DNA of 64,000 nt from Rickettsiales bacterium. GTDB taxonomy: Bacteria; Pseudomonadota; Alphaproteobacteria; Rickettsiales; UBA998. Within the stretch, counting starts at the first letter, position 1. Every line of letters starts with the position of its first letter. The translations under genes were made by a program, and so were the position numbers. Below the pieces are notes generated by a model that worked only from the letters and a program-made list of their open reading frames with translations, did not search any database and was not told the DNA's origin. Positions 10,477 to 21,870 of the stretch are shown piece after piece. The stretch lies in assembly GCA_036770365.1 (NCBI GenBank), contig DAIPJH010000003.1, forward strand, positions 7,250 through 71,249, given 5' to 3'.

Positions 10477-11028
10477 ATGACGTTACCTTTGATGCCAAAA
10501 GCAACCGCTGTATGGTTGGTCGATAATACCAAACTCACCTTTGAACAAATCGCTGAATTTTGTGGAATGCACCCACTCGAAGTTCAAGGGATTGCTGACG
10601 GCGAAGTCGCGGGCGGCATGATTGGCGAAGATCCTGTCGCATCAGGACAGCTTTTTGCTGAAACCATCACCGCATGCGAAGAAGATGCTTCTAAAAAACT
10701 GAAGCTAGCTTCTACCGCACGCGAGCATTTGAAAGAGCGCGTCAAAGGCGCACGTTACACTCCTATGGCACGTCGTCATGATAAACCAGAAGCGATTGCA
10801 TGGTTACTCAAATTCCACCCTTATATTCCTGATGCACATATCATCAAATTGATTGGTACAACCAAAAAAACCATTGATTCTATTCGTGAAAAAACCCATT
10901 GGAATATCAGCAATATGCAGGCAAAAGACCCTGTACTTCTTGGGCTTTGCCAACAGCTTCACCTCAACGAGATGATTACAAAATTCCGCCCAAGTGAGCC
11001 AAATCAGGATTCTCAGCAAGCATCGTAG
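10477..11028 (+). CDS. DUF1013 family protein (alphaproteobacterial cell-cycle-associated family)
   Basis: The N-terminus PLMPKATAVWLVDNT.LTFEQIAEFCGMH.LEVQGIADGEVA is highly characteristic of DUF1013. Confidence 0.8.
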   Translation: MTLPLMPKATAVWLVDNTKLTFEQIAEFCGMHPLEVQGIADGEVAGGMIGEDPVASGQLFAETITACEEDASKKLKLASTAREHLKERVKGARYTPMARRHDKPEAIAWLLKFHPYIPDAHIIKLIGTTKKTIDSIREKTHWNISNMQAKDPVLLGLCQQLHLNEMITKFRPSEPNQDSQQAS

Positions 11029-11043
11029 ACCAAAAGGGTAGCC

Positions 11044-12525
11044 ATGCAGCATGAGTCGCAAAGTGTGAACCTCATTCACCGTATTGATGCCTTTAATACG
11101 GCAAGGGTGATGTGTGTTGGTGATGTTATGCTTGATAGATTCGTCTATGGTCATGTCGATCGTATCTCGCCTGAAGCCCCGATTCCTGTTGTACGCTACG
11201 ATCATGAAAACATTATGCTTGGCGGCGCAGGTAATGTCGTGCGCAATATCGTCTCTCTCGGTGCAAACTGCTCTTTCATCTCCGTTATCGGCGCGGATGA
11301 TGTTGGACGCACCATCGCAGGACTCACTGGCAAGCAAGAACGCTTAGAGCCGTATTTGCTGACCGACAGACACCGAACTTCCACCGAAAAAACTCGCTAT
11401 ATTGCAGGCAGCCAACAGCTTTTTCGCTGTGATCGTGAATCTTCTGAACCCATTGAGAGCCATATCTCTGAACAAATCTTAGAAATTTGTGAACAAGAAA
11501 TTGCCAAACATCACGTTCTTATTCTCTCAGATTACGGTAAAGGCTTACTCACCAGAAGCAATGTTGCTGCGATTATTACACACGCAAAAGCAGAAAACGT
11601 TCGTGTGATTGTTGACCCTAAATCACGCGATTTTAGCCATTATGCAGGCGCATGGCTACTCTCACCTAACCAAAAAGAACTCGAAGCTGCATCTGGCGGT
11701 GAACCACTCAAAACCCCAATAGAGATTGAGAAAGCCGCACGCAGCTTGATGCAAGCTCATAGGCTAGACAACATGCTGGTCACACGCGGCGCAAAAGGCA
11801 TGATGCTGTTTATGGCAAATGGCACAAATTATATCATCGACACCCGCGCGCGCGAAGTCTTTGACGTCTCGGGTGCAGGCGATACAGTGATTGCTACGCT
11901 TGGTGTCGCCATCTCTAGCGGATGCGACCTCATCACCGCCGCAGAACTTGCCAACACCGCCGCAGGGATTGTGGTTGGTAAAATGGGTACAGCGACCATC
12001 TACCGCACCGACCTCAAAGCTGCCGTACACACCCAAGATATCCTCACAGGACAAAGCAAAATATACCCGCAAGATATTGCCGCCGCACAAATTGAATCAT
12101 GGCAGCGCGAGGGCTTTAAAATTGGCTTCACCAATGGCTGTTTTGACATCGTCCATGCTGGGCATGTGGCGTCCATCAACGACTGCAAAAGCCACTGCGA
12201 TAAGCTTATCATCGCGGTCAATTCCGATGACTCTGTACGCCGATTAAAAGGCGAGTCCCGCCCCATCAACCATGAAATGGATCGTGCATTACTGCTTGCC
12301 GAACTACGCTCGGTCGATATGGTCGTCATCTTCCGTGATGATACCCCGCTCCCGCTTCTCGAACGTTTGCGTCCTGACGTACTAATGAAGGGCGCAGACT
12401 ATGAAAAAGAGCAGATTGTTGGGTGGGATTTAGTAGAATCTTACGGTGGCAAAGTTGTGCGCATCCCACTGAAAGAAGGCTATAGCACTACGAATACCAT
12501 CAAAAAGATGCAATCGTCTGCATAA
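11044..12525 (+). CDS. hldE: Bifunctional D-beta-D-heptose 7-phosphate kinase / D-beta-D-heptose 1-phosphate adenylyltransferase
   Basis: 493 aa. PfkB-type kinase half (DVSGAGDTV) plus a cytidylyltransferase half (GFTNGCFDIVHAGH). Confidence 0.9.
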   Translation: MQHESQSVNLIHRIDAFNTARVMCVGDVMLDRFVYGHVDRISPEAPIPVVRYDHENIMLGGAGNVVRNIVSLGANCSFISVIGADDVGRTIAGLTGKQERLEPYLLTDRHRTSTEKTRYIAGSQQLFRCDRESSEPIESHISEQILEICEQEIAKHHVLILSDYGKGLLTRSNVAAIITHAKAENVRVIVDPKSRDFSHYAGAWLLSPNQKELEAASGGEPLKTPIEIEKAARSLMQAHRLDNMLVTRGAKGMMLFMANGTNYIIDTRAREVFDVSGAGDTVIATLGVAISSGCDLITAAELANTAAGIVVGKMGTATIYRTDLKAAVHTQDILTGQSKIYPQDIAAAQIESWQREGFKIGFTNGCFDIVHAGHVASINDCKSHCDKLIIAVNSDDSVRRLKGESRPINHEMDRALLLAELRSVDMVVIFRDDTPLPLLERLRPDVLMKGADYEKEQIVGWDLVESYGGKVVRIPLKEGYSTTNTIKKMQSSA

Positions 12526-12538
12526 CAAATAAAGCCTT

Positions 12539-12563
12539 GTCATACTGAACGCAGAGAAGTATC
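12539..12563. repeat. Short GTCAT-type hairpin repeat (variant)
   Basis: GTCATACTGAACGCAGAGAAGTATC in the convergent hldE/glmM spacer. It has the same GTCATnnn...nnnATC architecture as the copies at 39951-40017. Confidence 0.35.
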
Positions 12564-12622
12564 TCCCCCACACGCCTAAACCTTACTTCAAAAGAACTGA
12601 ATCTTAAATCTTGATTTCTCTC

Positions 12623-13969
12623 TTAAGAAACTTTCTTCTTAATCACATCGACCAATTCATCAGCAAAACGTTCAGTCAACTGCTTGTCTTCGGTTTCCAC
12701 CATCACGCGAATTTTCGGTTCTGTGCCTGATTTACGAATAAACACACGCCCACGCGCACCGAGTTCTGACTCAATTTTGCGAATCGCCTCACCCACTTCT
12801 GGTGCTTCCAACGGATTTGCCCCAGCATACGTTACATTTTTCAATACTTGTGGAACAGGCGTGAACACGCGACCACATCGTGAAAGCGGCTTGCCACTCT
12901 CTAGCATCACTGCCAGCACCTGCAACGCGGCAACCAAGCCATCACCCGTTGTGTTATAATCACTGCATACAATATGCCCCGATTGCTCACCGCCAAGATT
13001 GCAGTCATGCTCACGCATACCTTCCAGCACGTATCTATCCCCGACTTGAGTACGAATCAATTCAATTCCTGCCGCCGCCAGCGCACGTTCCATCCCAAGA
13101 TTCGACATCTGCGTTGCCACCAACTTAGATCCACGCAAACGCCCATCAGAGTGCAAATACATTGCAATCATTGAAAGCAATTGATCACCGTCCAGCATCA
13201 CACCGCGCTCATCACACATCGCAATGCGGTCTGCATCACCGTCAAGCGCAATCCCAATATCCGCACGCGTTTCAATCACCTTCTGACACATTGCTTCAGG
13301 GTGGGTTGAACCACATTCTTTATTGATATTAAACCCATTCGGTTCACTGCCCAGCGCAATCACCTCTGCACCTAACTCATAAAGCACGGTTGGTGCAATA
13401 CGGTACGCCGCACCATTCGCCGAATCCACCACAATCCGCAGACCATCTAGACGCAAATGACGAGGAAATGTACTTTTAACAAACTCAATATAACGTCCGA
13501 CCGCATCATCAATACGCTTCGCTCGACCCAGCCTATCAGGTGCTGCCAGCCCCATGCTCATATTACCATCAATGCGCGCTTCAATCGCCAATTCGCGCTC
13601 ATCGGAAAGCTTGCTGCCATCTGGCGCAAACAATTTAATTCCATTATCTTCATACGAATTATGCGAGGCAGAAATCATCACGCCCAAATCCGCACGCATC
13701 GAACGTGCCAGCAACGCCACCGCTGGTGTTGGCATAGGACCTACCAAAATCACATCCATCCCCACCGCAACAAAACCAGCAGTGAGCGCAGGCTCAATCA
13801 TATAGCCAGAAAGCCTTGTATCTTTGGCAATCACCACTTTATTACGACGACCTTCACGACGAAACTCCAGCCCCGCCGCCATCCCAACTTTCAACGCAAG
13901 TTCCGCCGTCATCATTGCGCTATTCGCACGACCACGAATACCATCCGTACCAAAATATTTTCTACTCAC
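12623..13969 (-). CDS. glmM: Phosphoglucosamine mutase
   Basis: [13 protein letters not shown] start, active-site [11 protein letters not shown], and GDGDADR metal loop. Confidence 0.95.
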   Translation of the reverse strand: MSRKYFGTDGIRGRANSAMMTAELALKVGMAAGLEFRREGRRNKVVIAKDTRLSGYMIEPALTAGFVAVGMDVILVGPMPTPAVALLARSMRADLGVMISASHNSYEDNGIKLFAPDGSKLSDERELAIEARIDGNMSMGLAAPDRLGRAKRIDDAVGRYIEFVKSTFPRHLRLDGLRIVVDSANGAAYRIAPTVLYELGAEVIALGSEPNGFNINKECGSTHPEAMCQKVIETRADIGIALDGDADRIAMCDERGVMLDGDQLLSMIAMYLHSDGRLRGSKLVATQMSNLGMERALAAAGIELIRTQVGDRYVLEGMREHDCNLGGEQSGHIVCSDYNTTGDGLVAALQVLAVMLESGKPLSRCGRVFTPVPQVLKNVTYAGANPLEAPEVGEAIRKIESELGARGRVFIRKSGTEPKIRVMVETEDKQLTERFADELVDVIKKKVS

Positions 13970-13981
13970 ACTCGCCCTCGC

Positions 13982-15979
13982 TCAAGCTTCGTCTTTATCA
14001 GAAGAAGTGTCTTTGGTTTTCTTTGGCTTTTTCTCTTTTTTAAGTTCCACCACTTCCACATCGGCCACCGCCTCGGACGCAACCTCCTTCGCACGCGTTG
14101 ATGGGAAACTAGAACGTGTTGATTTGATTTTCAGGCTCTCTGTCGCCACACGATTAATAGGTTTACCCGCAATCAAATCACGAATCTCATCGCCACTTAA
14201 GGTTTCATATTCAAGCAACCCTTGCCCAAGAATTTCTAGCTCTGCGCTAAATTCAGTAAGAATTTCATGGGCTTTATGATGTGCCTGCTCGACAATACGT
14301 TTCACTTCATCATCTACCTTTGCCGCAGTCGCCTCAGAAATATTTTTCTCTTGTGAAAAACTATGTCCTAAAAACACTTCTTGTTGGTTGCTACCATAGT
14401 TAATTGGGCCAAGCGACTCACTCATTCCCCACTGCATCACCATCGCACGTGCCAATTTGGTTGCATGCTGAATATCAGAAGATGCACCGCTAGAGACCTT
14501 ATCATAACCAAAAATAAGTTCTTCCGCCACTCGACCGCCCATAGATACCGCTAAATCCGCATACATTTTCTCACGCAAATAGGAAAGCTTATCCGCTTCG
14601 GGCAAACGCATCACCATCCCTAACGCACGACCACGCGGGATAATCGTTGCCTTATGAATCGGATCAGATGCAGGACAATGAATGGAAACAATCGCATGAC
14701 CTGCTTCATGATACGCCGTCATTTTGCGTTCTTCTTCGCTCATCACCATAGATTTACGCTCTGCACCCATCATTACTTTGTCCTTGGCTTCCTCTAACTC
14801 ACGCATCGTCACCACTTTACGGTCACGGCGCGCAGCCAAGAGCGCAGCTTCATTAACAAGATTCGCCAAATCCGCACCTGAAAAACCGGGTGTTCCACGC
14901 GCAATCACATGGGTGTTGACATCAGGTCCTGTAGGCACTTTGCCTAAATGAACGTTCAAAATCTTATCGCGCCCTGCAATATCAGGGTTTGGCACTACAA
15001 TCTGACGATCAAAACGACCAGGACGAAGCAGCGCAGGATCAAGCACGTCAGGACGGTTCGTTGCCGCAATCAAAATCACACCTTCATTGGATTCAAACCC
15101 ATCCATCTCAACGAGCAATTGATTGAGAGTCTGCTCACGCTCATCATTACCACCACCAAGGCCAGCACCACGATGACGACCTACCGCATCAATCTCGTCA
15201 ATAAAGATAATGCACGGCGCATTTTTCTTACCTTGTTCGAACATATCACGGACACGACTCGCACCCACCCCGACAAACATCTCAACAAAATCTGAACCTG
15301 AAATCGTAAAAAACGGTACACCTGCCTCACCTGCGATCGCACGCGCAAGCAACGTCTTACCCGTACCAGGAGGACCAACCAACAAACAACCTTTAGGAAT
15401 TTTTCCACCCAAACGCTGAAACTTCGCAGGATCTCTCAAAAAATCTACGATTTCAACCAATTCTTCTTTTGCTTCGTCTACACCCGCAACATCTGAGAAC
15501 ATTTTCCGCTCAGATTTTTCCGTCAACATGCGCGCACGCGATTTCCCAAATCCCATCGCGCCACCGCGACCACCGCCGCCTTGCATCTGACGCATAAAGA
15601 AAATATAGACGCCAATCAGAAGCAAAAAAGGAAACCATGAAAGCAAAGCACTCCACAGCATATTCGACCCACTGGATGCCGGCTGGGCAGAAATCTTCAC
15701 ATTACGCGCAACCAACTTATCAACCAACGCAGGATAATCAGGCGTTAGCGTAGTAAACCCCGTCCCATCACCAAAATGACCAGAAACTACTGTTCCATCC
15801 TCATTAGAACGACGAATAATCACATCAGTCACATCACCACGTTCCACTTTTTGCATAAAATCAGAAAAAGCGAGATTCAATTGTTTACCTTGATCAATAC
15901 CACCCTCAAATGCCTGAAAAATCACAGCACACAACAACAATACCCCAAGCCAAATGGCAAAATTCTTACCCATGCCCAT
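13982..15979 (-). CDS. ftsH: ATP-dependent zinc metalloprotease FtsH
   Basis: Two TM helices, AAA Walker [12 protein letters not shown] region, and HEAGH zinc site. Lys/Glu-rich C-terminal tail. Confidence 0.97.
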   Translation of the reverse strand: MGMGKNFAIWLGVLLLCAVIFQAFEGGIDQGKQLNLAFSDFMQKVERGDVTDVIIRRSNEDGTVVSGHFGDGTGFTTLTPDYPALVDKLVARNVKISAQPASSGSNMLWSALLSWFPFLLLIGVYIFFMRQMQGGGGRGGAMGFGKSRARMLTEKSERKMFSDVAGVDEAKEELVEIVDFLRDPAKFQRLGGKIPKGCLLVGPPGTGKTLLARAIAGEAGVPFFTISGSDFVEMFVGVGASRVRDMFEQGKKNAPCIIFIDEIDAVGRHRGAGLGGGNDEREQTLNQLLVEMDGFESNEGVILIAATNRPDVLDPALLRPGRFDRQIVVPNPDIAGRDKILNVHLGKVPTGPDVNTHVIARGTPGFSGADLANLVNEAALLAARRDRKVVTMRELEEAKDKVMMGAERKSMVMSEEERKMTAYHEAGHAIVSIHCPASDPIHKATIIPRGRALGMVMRLPEADKLSYLREKMYADLAVSMGGRVAEELIFGYDKVSSGASSDIQHATKLARAMVMQWGMSESLGPINYGSNQQEVFLGHSFSQEKNISEATAAKVDDEVKRIVEQAHHKAHEILTEFSAELEILGQGLLEYETLSGDEIRDLIAGKPINRVATESLKIKSTRSSFPSTRAKEVASEAVADVEVVELKKEKKPKKTKDTSSDKDEA

Positions 15980-16053
15980 GCAAAACCTTCTCGCTTCTAC
16001 TTCTTTTACAAAAAATCATTCTACTCTAGTACTTTATATAGCACGTCCACTTA

Positions 16054-16092
16054 TATATGACACCATATTATGCGATGAAATGGTGTCATATA
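16054..16092. repeat. 13-bp perfect inverted repeat (stem-loop/operator candidate) between tilS and ftsH
   Basis: TATATGACACCAT (16054-16066), a 13-nt loop, then ATGGTGTCATATA (16080-16092). Verified by reverse-complementing. Confidence 0.9.
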
Positions 16093-16164
16093 AAAATAAA
16101 AAAACCACAACATCCTTTAATTTAATAATTTTACGTGAATATAAAATTGTTAAGGTAAATGATT

Positions 16165-17487
16165 TTAATCAGCAAGTGCTTTCATAGGCGACCACGTGAT
16201 ACGTAAGTCATTATACAACGGTGCGTCACTGTAATATCCCATATGGGGAACACAGGCGAGTTCTTCAAGCCTTGTATCATAAAAAACCGCCGGGAAAACA
16301 CGTAAAACCTGCACAGGAAGCTTTGGTAACGCATAATTTAGCTTTCGCAAAAAGCCAACACCCCGAACACCCAATGCCCCAATATAATAAGTTTTTTCAC
16401 AAAAAAATTGTCCCGTCACCTCAAAACGATTATCCCACCGCTTAGGACAATAGCTATGAGAAACACAACAAGCATCAGCAATACGTTCAAGTTCTCGTAT
16501 AAAAAACACATTATCCGCCAACTTATCCACAAGCACCAAACAACCGTTCAATGTACGAGGCTTAAACTTTTCTGGATACTTAAGCGCACGCGCCAAACGT
16601 TCAATTTCTTCAAGACGCGCCACATCTTCAACACCTAATACAACACAACACACTGATTTTATTATCCTATAAAGCAATTCATCATCGAGCTGCTGTAAAG
16701 CCTGTGCTGCCACCCGCACATACCCCGCGGGCGAAACCAATACATGCTTCACCATCCATTTCACAAGCGTATGATGAATAAAATGATTGCTACGCCTAAA
16801 GTTATCCACAAGGGTTAAACCTCGAGCAACATCCAACCCTTCTTCTTGAAGATGAGGTAACCACCCACGCACGCGATTTCGTAAATATAAAGGTTTGCTA
16901 TTCGTAGGATCTTCTACCCAACGCACCCCCCGTGCTTTTACATAATCTATACATGCCTGTTTAGACACCTCAAGCAAAGGACGCACTAAACGTACCTGTG
17001 ATAAATAACGTACCTTATCTATTGCACATAACCCCTGCACCCCTGAACCACGTATGAACCGCATCATCAACGTCTCTAACTGATCATCACCGTGGTGCGC
17101 CGTCAACATATGTAGAACATGATGCCGCTGACACCAGGCCTCTAGCACATGATAACGCGCTTCACGTGCATCACGTTGAATGGACGTAATACCATTTGGG
17201 AATGTAAGCGTAAGAACTTCAGAGGCAATCCCAAGGTCACCTAGGGTCATGGCAACACCACGTGCCTCCTGCGCGCTCTCAGGACGTAGACCATGATCAA
17301 CAATCAATGCCGTGAGTTGGCCATCACGGCACGCTAACCACGCCCGCATTAACAATACCAATGCCATGCTATCTACTCCACCAGACACAGCAACGGCACA
17401 ATGAGGACGCACCTCAAACCCACCTATATCATGAAGGACAATATTAAAGTATGTGGTGAGTGCATCCATCAGACACCCCTCACCCAC
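16165..17487 (-). CDS. tilS: tRNA(Ile)-lysidine synthase
   Basis: PP-loop SGGVDSMAL near the N-terminus. 440 aa, positioned upstream of ftsH as in many bacteria. The start could instead be Met7 (17469). Confidence 0.85.
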   Translation of the reverse strand: MGEGCLMDALTTYFNIVLHDIGGFEVRPHCAVAVSGGVDSMALVLLMRAWLACRDGQLTALIVDHGLRPESAQEARGVAMTLGDLGIASEVLTLTFPNGITSIQRDAREARYHVLEAWCQRHHVLHMLTAHHGDDQLETLMMRFIRGSGVQGLCAIDKVRYLSQVRLVRPLLEVSKQACIDYVKARGVRWVEDPTNSKPLYLRNRVRGWLPHLQEEGLDVARGLTLVDNFRRSNHFIHHTLVKWMVKHVLVSPAGYVRVAAQALQQLDDELLYRIIKSVCCVVLGVEDVARLEEIERLARALKYPEKFKPRTLNGCLVLVDKLADNVFFIRELERIADACCVSHSYCPKRWDNRFEVTGQFFCEKTYYIGALGVRGVGFLRKLNYALPKLPVQVLRVFPAVFYDTRLEELACVPHMGYYSDAPLYNDLRITWSPMKALAD

Positions 17488-17495
17488 ACATCATG

Positions 17496-18410
17496 TTAAG
17501 AAGCTTTTGCACAACCCTGTTTTTCCTGCTCACGAGTCGCACGCGTACGCACTACTTCAGGCCCAGGGAATTTTTTCAGCAACTGCGTCAACACCACACA
17601 CGCTTGTTTTTGTTGCTTCATTTGCCCCAGTGCCATCGCTAGCTTGAGCAAATTATCAGGTGCTTTATTGCCTTTTGGCATAGACTCAAAGCCTTGACGG
17701 AAACTATCCGCAGCTTTGACATAATTGGTACGCACATACCACGTCTCACCCAGCCAATAATACACATTCCCTACCAACGGATCGCTTGGATATTTTTTAA
17801 TAAAAGACTCAAACGCTGACCCAGCCTCTTCATAACGCGCCTTATTCATCAACGAAAAGGCGTAATTATAATGTTCTTTTGATGAAGCAAACGTCTGACC
17901 CGTAGCATCCGCCACAGCTGTTGCCGCTGCCGCAACAGGTGTAGCTCCTACTGGAGCAGGAGTCACAGTCTGCGGCTGTTGCGCTGTAGGCGCAATAATA
18001 GGTGCTGCCGTCGCTGGAGCAGGCGTCACAGCAGATGGCACAGTTCCAGCCCCCATATTCACCACAGGTCCACCTGCGGCGGCAGACGCACCACTCGCCT
18101 CTAGAGCTTTTAAACGAAAATCGACATCTTGTCCTAGAGAGGTCATCGAACTCTCTAACTTCACCACACGATGATTCACCTCTTCTAATTCCCCGCGCAA
18201 ACTGGTCATTTGTTTGGCAAGATCATCCATTTGCACCTGCAAACTTGCAGCGTCTGCACCCGTTGATGCGCCGCCACCTTGTTGCAATTGATTTACTTTT
18301 TCTTCCAACTGATTAAATCGGTCTTCCATATCTTTTTCACGAAACGACACCGCATAGGCAGCATCCGCAACAAACAGACTTACCAACAAGATACTTACAA
18401 AACGCTTCAT
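17496..18410 (-). CDS. cpoB: Tol-Pal system protein CpoB/YbgF
   Basis: Signal peptide, coiled-coil N-domain, Ala/Pro linker, and C-terminal TPR block (YNYAFSLM..YEEA, YWLGETWY). Lies downstream of pal. Confidence 0.85.
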   Translation of the reverse strand: MKRFVSILLVSLFVADAAYAVSFREKDMEDRFNQLEEKVNQLQQGGGASTGADAASLQVQMDDLAKQMTSLRGELEEVNHRVVKLESSMTSLGQDVDFRLKALEASGASAAAGGPVVNMGAGTVPSAVTPAPATAAPIIAPTAQQPQTVTPAPVGATPVAAAATAVADATGQTFASSKEHYNYAFSLMNKARYEEAGSAFESFIKKYPSDPLVGNVYYWLGETWYVRTNYVKAADSFRQGFESMPKGNKAPDNLLKLAMALGQMKQQKQACVVLTQLLKKFPGPEVVRTRATREQEKQGCAKAS

Positions 18411-18425
18411 CTTTCACTCCACATG

Positions 18426-18464
18426 TAAAAAGCCGCCGAGTGGCATTGCCACAGCGGCGGCTTT
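18426..18464 (-). terminator. Rho-independent terminator after pal
   Basis: On the minus strand: AAAGCCGCCGCTGTGGCAATGCCACTCGGCGGCTTTTTAC. A long GC stem followed by a T-run. Confidence 0.7.
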
Positions 18465-18481
18465 CAACGAACCTTTAAGGC

Positions 18482-18964
18482 TTAGCGAGCCAACACTGTT
18501 ACAGCGCGACGATTCTGAGCCCATGCTTCTTCACCAGAACCAGTGTTAGCAGGACGCTCTTTACCGTAAGACACGGTAGATACGCGAGCTGCGTCTACAC
18601 CTTTACCAACAAGGAACTTACGAGCTGCGTTTGCACGACGCTCACCAAGTGCCAAGTTATATTCACGTGTGCCACGCTCATCGCAATGACCTTCAACAAC
18701 GATTTTCACATCGTTATACTGCTTCAACCAAGAAACTTGACGATCCAAAGTAGCTTGTGCTTCTGTAGAAAGCGCAGAGCTATCATATTCAAAGAACACG
18801 CGATCGCCAACATTCTGAGCGAAATCTTCGTTAGTACCTGGGGTAGCTGCGCCAGCACCATTTGCACCACCAGCATTCGCTGCATCAGAACCATTTGGAT
18901 TTTCACAAGCCGCCAAAAGCAACAAAGCAGTAGCTGCAACACCTAATTTTACGCCGAAACTCAT
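18482..18964 (-). CDS. pal: Peptidoglycan-associated lipoprotein Pal
   Basis: Lipobox LLAAC. OmpA-like domain with VVEGHCDERGTREYNLALGERRA. Confidence 0.95.
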   Translation of the reverse strand: MSFGVKLGVAATALLLLAACENPNGSDAANAGGANGAGAATPGTNEDFAQNVGDRVFFEYDSSALSTEAQATLDRQVSWLKQYNDVKIVVEGHCDERGTREYNLALGERRANAARKFLVGKGVDAARVSTVSYGKERPANTGSGEEAWAQNRRAVTVLAR

Positions 18965-19147
18965 CGTTTATTCTCCTAATGTTAAAATGTATCCGGTGAA
19001 CTGTCTATAGAGCATGTCGCGTGAAAATCAACGATTAAAATAAAATTCATGCACTCTTTAGACAGAAGTTTTTTGTCTGTGGTTTTCATGTGATAATTTT
19101 GCATAACTATCCAAAAACAATCCTGCAAAACCACCCACATCAAATAC

Positions 19148-20464
19148 TTACATCGGCAAAAGTGGCGACCAAGCAGGATCAGATGCATCCATCGGGGTCA
19201 TCACTTCACGCAAATTATACCCTGTCAAATCGACTGAAAAAAGACGCACAGGCGAACGCGGCGAATCTTGACGGAAGAAAATCAAGACCCGACCATTCGG
19301 TGCCCATGATGGTGCTTCTGCAAGCCAGCTTTCAGAAATCACGCGCTCACCACTCCCATCAGGGCGCATCACCCCAATATAAAAACGCCCACCTGACATT
19401 TTAGTAAACGCGATCCAATCTCCACGCGGCGACCATACAGGTGTACCATAACGACCTGAGCCAAAACTGATTCGTTGCACACCACTACCATCCGCGCTCA
19501 TCACATAAAGCTGCTGGGAGCCACCACGATCCGAATTAAAAGTAATACGTGTACCATCAGGTGAATAAGACGGCGAAGTATCAATATTCGGATCAGACGT
19601 CAATTGACGCATCGCACGCGAACGCAAATCCATCTCAAAAATGTCAGTATTACCATTACGTGCAATCGACATTACCATCTTGCGGCCATCATGATTAAAG
19701 CGCGGCGCAAATGACATGCCTTGGAACTTACCTAAAGACTCCTCTCGACCTGTTTGCAAATCACGCAAATATACGAGCGGCATTCCCTTCGCATAAGAAA
19801 GATACAAGATCTCTTGTGTATTTGGCGAGAAACGTGGGGTCAACACGAGGTAACGACCATCCGTAAGAAATTTATGATTCTCACCATCTTGATCCATAAT
19901 CGCCAAACGCTTAACACGATTACCTTTCGCACCTGACTCAGCCACATACACAATACGTGTATCAAAATAACCATCTTCCCCTGTCACACGTTTATAAATC
20001 TCATCCGCGATCAAATGCGACACACGCCTCCAGTTACGAGTAAATGTATTATATTCCTTGCCAGCAATTTGTTGCTCGCCATACGTATCCCACAAACGAA
20101 AACTCACTTTCATTTTGCCGTCACCCATCATCACCACATTCCCTGTGACAAGGACAGACGCATTAATCTGCCTCCAATCCGCATAACGCGGCACAGCAAG
20201 GTTAAACCCTACTTTCTCAATAAAAGCATTTTCTGCAATCGGACGAAACAAACCTGAACGCTCTAAATCTGCACTAACAACACCACTGATGTCACGCCCC
20301 ATCCCGTCACCTTCACCACCATTGGATGCAAGTCCTGTGACTGCAATCGGCAGTGGATCAACATGCCCTTGTGTAATATCAAGCTTGACCATGGCAGAAG
20401 CAGTTTGCACCTGCACCATTACCGCGAGAAGCCCAGCCAGCGTTGTTTTGAACCATTGTTTCAT
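19148..20464 (-). CDS. tolB: Tol-Pal system beta-propeller protein TolB
   Basis: Signal peptide, then repeated P.WSPDG/SP.G propeller motifs. Start trimmed to MKQWFKTT (20464). Confidence 0.95.
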   Translation of the reverse strand: MKQWFKTTLAGLLAVMVQVQTASAMVKLDITQGHVDPLPIAVTGLASNGGEGDGMGRDISGVVSADLERSGLFRPIAENAFIEKVGFNLAVPRYADWRQINASVLVTGNVVMMGDGKMKVSFRLWDTYGEQQIAGKEYNTFTRNWRRVSHLIADEIYKRVTGEDGYFDTRIVYVAESGAKGNRVKRLAIMDQDGENHKFLTDGRYLVLTPRFSPNTQEILYLSYAKGMPLVYLRDLQTGREESLGKFQGMSFAPRFNHDGRKMVMSIARNGNTDIFEMDLRSRAMRQLTSDPNIDTSPSYSPDGTRITFNSDRGGSQQLYVMSADGSGVQRISFGSGRYGTPVWSPRGDWIAFTKMSGGRFYIGVMRPDGSGERVISESWLAEAPSWAPNGRVLIFFRQDSPRSPVRLFSVDLTGYNLREVMTPMDASDPAWSPLLPM

Positions 20465-20540
20465 CGTGTACTCCATTAAAGAGAAATCATTTGTGATACG
20501 GCTATGCCCGTATTTATCTCGCAACTCATAACCTATTTTT

Positions 20541-21395
20541 CTAATACAGTAAATCCTTTGGATTAAAGGTCAGCTCCATATCTTTCCACGTATCATATTT
20601 ATCAGGTGGTAAGTTCTTGAGTGGGCTACACATCTTTACCGCACGTACTGCACTGTCTGCCGCTGCCCTAAAGAAAGTATCACTACCATAACGCGCTTTA
20701 TCTTTTGCAAGCTCAATTTGCTGGACTGTACCATCCGAAGCCACCACCAGCTTCAATGTCACTACCAACGCATACGCATCTTTCGCACCCGCAGGAATGC
20801 TCCAACAACGATAGAACTGGCTAACAATCGCATCACGCTCACTGAGCGAAAGTGGCTGACTAGAATCATACTTGTCTGAGATATTCTCACTCTTCGTGCT
20901 GGCATCATCCTTTGCCACATCATCTTTTTTCTCTTGTGCTTCTTCTTTGACCGCCTTGAGGATACTCTCTAACTCATCCACTTCCTTTGGCTTATCCTTT
21001 TTCTTTTCTTCTTTTTTCTTTTCTTCCACCTTTTTCTTCTCAGGCTCAGGCTTTTTTACCTCAGGTTCTTTAACAGGCTCAGGTTTCTTTTCTGGCTCAT
21101 CTTTGGGTAATTCTTCTTTTTTCTCAGGCTCAGCTGGAGCTTCTGTTTTAACCTTTGGCTGCGGTTTTGGAGGAATAGGCTTATCCTCCACCTTTGCCTT
21201 CTTTTCTTTATTAAGCTTTTGCCCCTTCATCACGTTGGACATTTCGCTCATTGGCAACACTTCCACCGAGATCACCATCGGCTCGGGTTCACGCATTGCC
21301 TCAAACAAATCAGGCAGACCAAAAATCATTGCGAGCAGCAATGCCACATGCATCCCGCCTGAATAATAGAGTGCGCGCGATCGGTTCACATCCAT
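20541..21395 (-). CDS. tolA: TolA-like protein (N-terminal anchor, Lys/Glu/Pro-rich spacer, TonB_C/TolA_III-like C-domain)
   Basis: Its position between tolR and tolB, a single N-terminal TM helix, a KPEPxKKxEE low-complexity region, and a C-terminal globular domain. Confidence 0.7.
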   Translation of the reverse strand: MDVNRSRALYYSGGMHVALLLAMIFGLPDLFEAMREPEPMVISVEVLPMSEMSNVMKGQKLNKEKKAKVEDKPIPPKPQPKVKTEAPAEPEKKEELPKDEPEKKPEPVKEPEVKKPEPEKKKVEEKKKEEKKKDKPKEVDELESILKAVKEEAQEKKDDVAKDDASTKSENISDKYDSSQPLSLSERDAIVSQFYRCWSIPAGAKDAYALVVTLKLVVASDGTVQQIELAKDKARYGSDTFFRAAADSAVRAVKMCSPLKNLPPDKYDTWKDMELTFNPKDLLY

Positions 21396-21409
21396 GACCG
21401 AATCATTCC

Positions 21410-21862
21410 TTATTTCTTAGATTTAGACGATGCGACTGCCGCAGAATCCGTCACCAGCCCGACCTTCAAAAAGCCTGCACCGTTAATCGCCCCTACCACT
21501 TCCATCATCATGCCATAATCCACCGATTTATCACCACGCACAAAAATACGGGTCTCTTTCTTCTGCCCAGCAATCGCTTCAAGCTTCGCGGCAACGTCCT
21601 CAATCTTCACTTCTGTTTTTTGAATATAAACCGTGCCATCTTTTTTAACACTCACTTCAAGTGGCTCATCGTCCCCTTGCACGGGGGAAGAACTCGTCTC
21701 AGGCAAATCCACCGTCACCGCCGTCGTCATCATCGGTGCAGTCACCATAAAAATAACCAAAAGCACCAACATCACATCCACCATTGGCGTAACATTGATC
21801 TCAGAGAATTGTTGTTTACGATAGCCGCGCCCGTGACCACCTTTAGACAAATGCATGCTCAT
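21410..21862 (-). CDS. tolR: Tol-Pal system protein TolR (ExbD family)
   Basis: INVTPMVDVMLVLLVIFMV is the canonical ExbD/TolR TM segment. Confidence 0.9.
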   Translation of the reverse strand: MSMHLSKGGHGRGYRKQQFSEINVTPMVDVMLVLLVIFMVTAPMMTTAVTVDLPETSSSPVQGDDEPLEVSVKKDGTVYIQKTEVKIEDVAAKLEAIAGQKKETRIFVRGDKSVDYGMMMEVVGAINGAGFLKVGLVTDSAAVASSKSKK

Positions 21863-21870
21863 AAACGCCC

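Noticed and set aside
18982-19188. 68-aa ORF in the tolB-pal spacer
   Set aside because: It overlaps the tolB stop region, is Cys/Phe/Met-rich, and has no RBS or family resemblance. The 183-bp spacer is more likely regulatory, but I could not identify a specific element.
20872-21366. 164-aa Ser/Phe/Gly-rich ORF, and apparent DNA repetitiveness in 20950-21200
   Set aside because: This is the antisense reading of the Lys/Glu/Pro-rich linker of TolA. The periodicity reflects low-complexity coding sequence, not a CRISPR array or a tandem-repeat element. The same applies to the Asp/Lys tail of ctpA (60600-60720) and the Pro/Thr linker of the YibQ-like gene (61000-61330).
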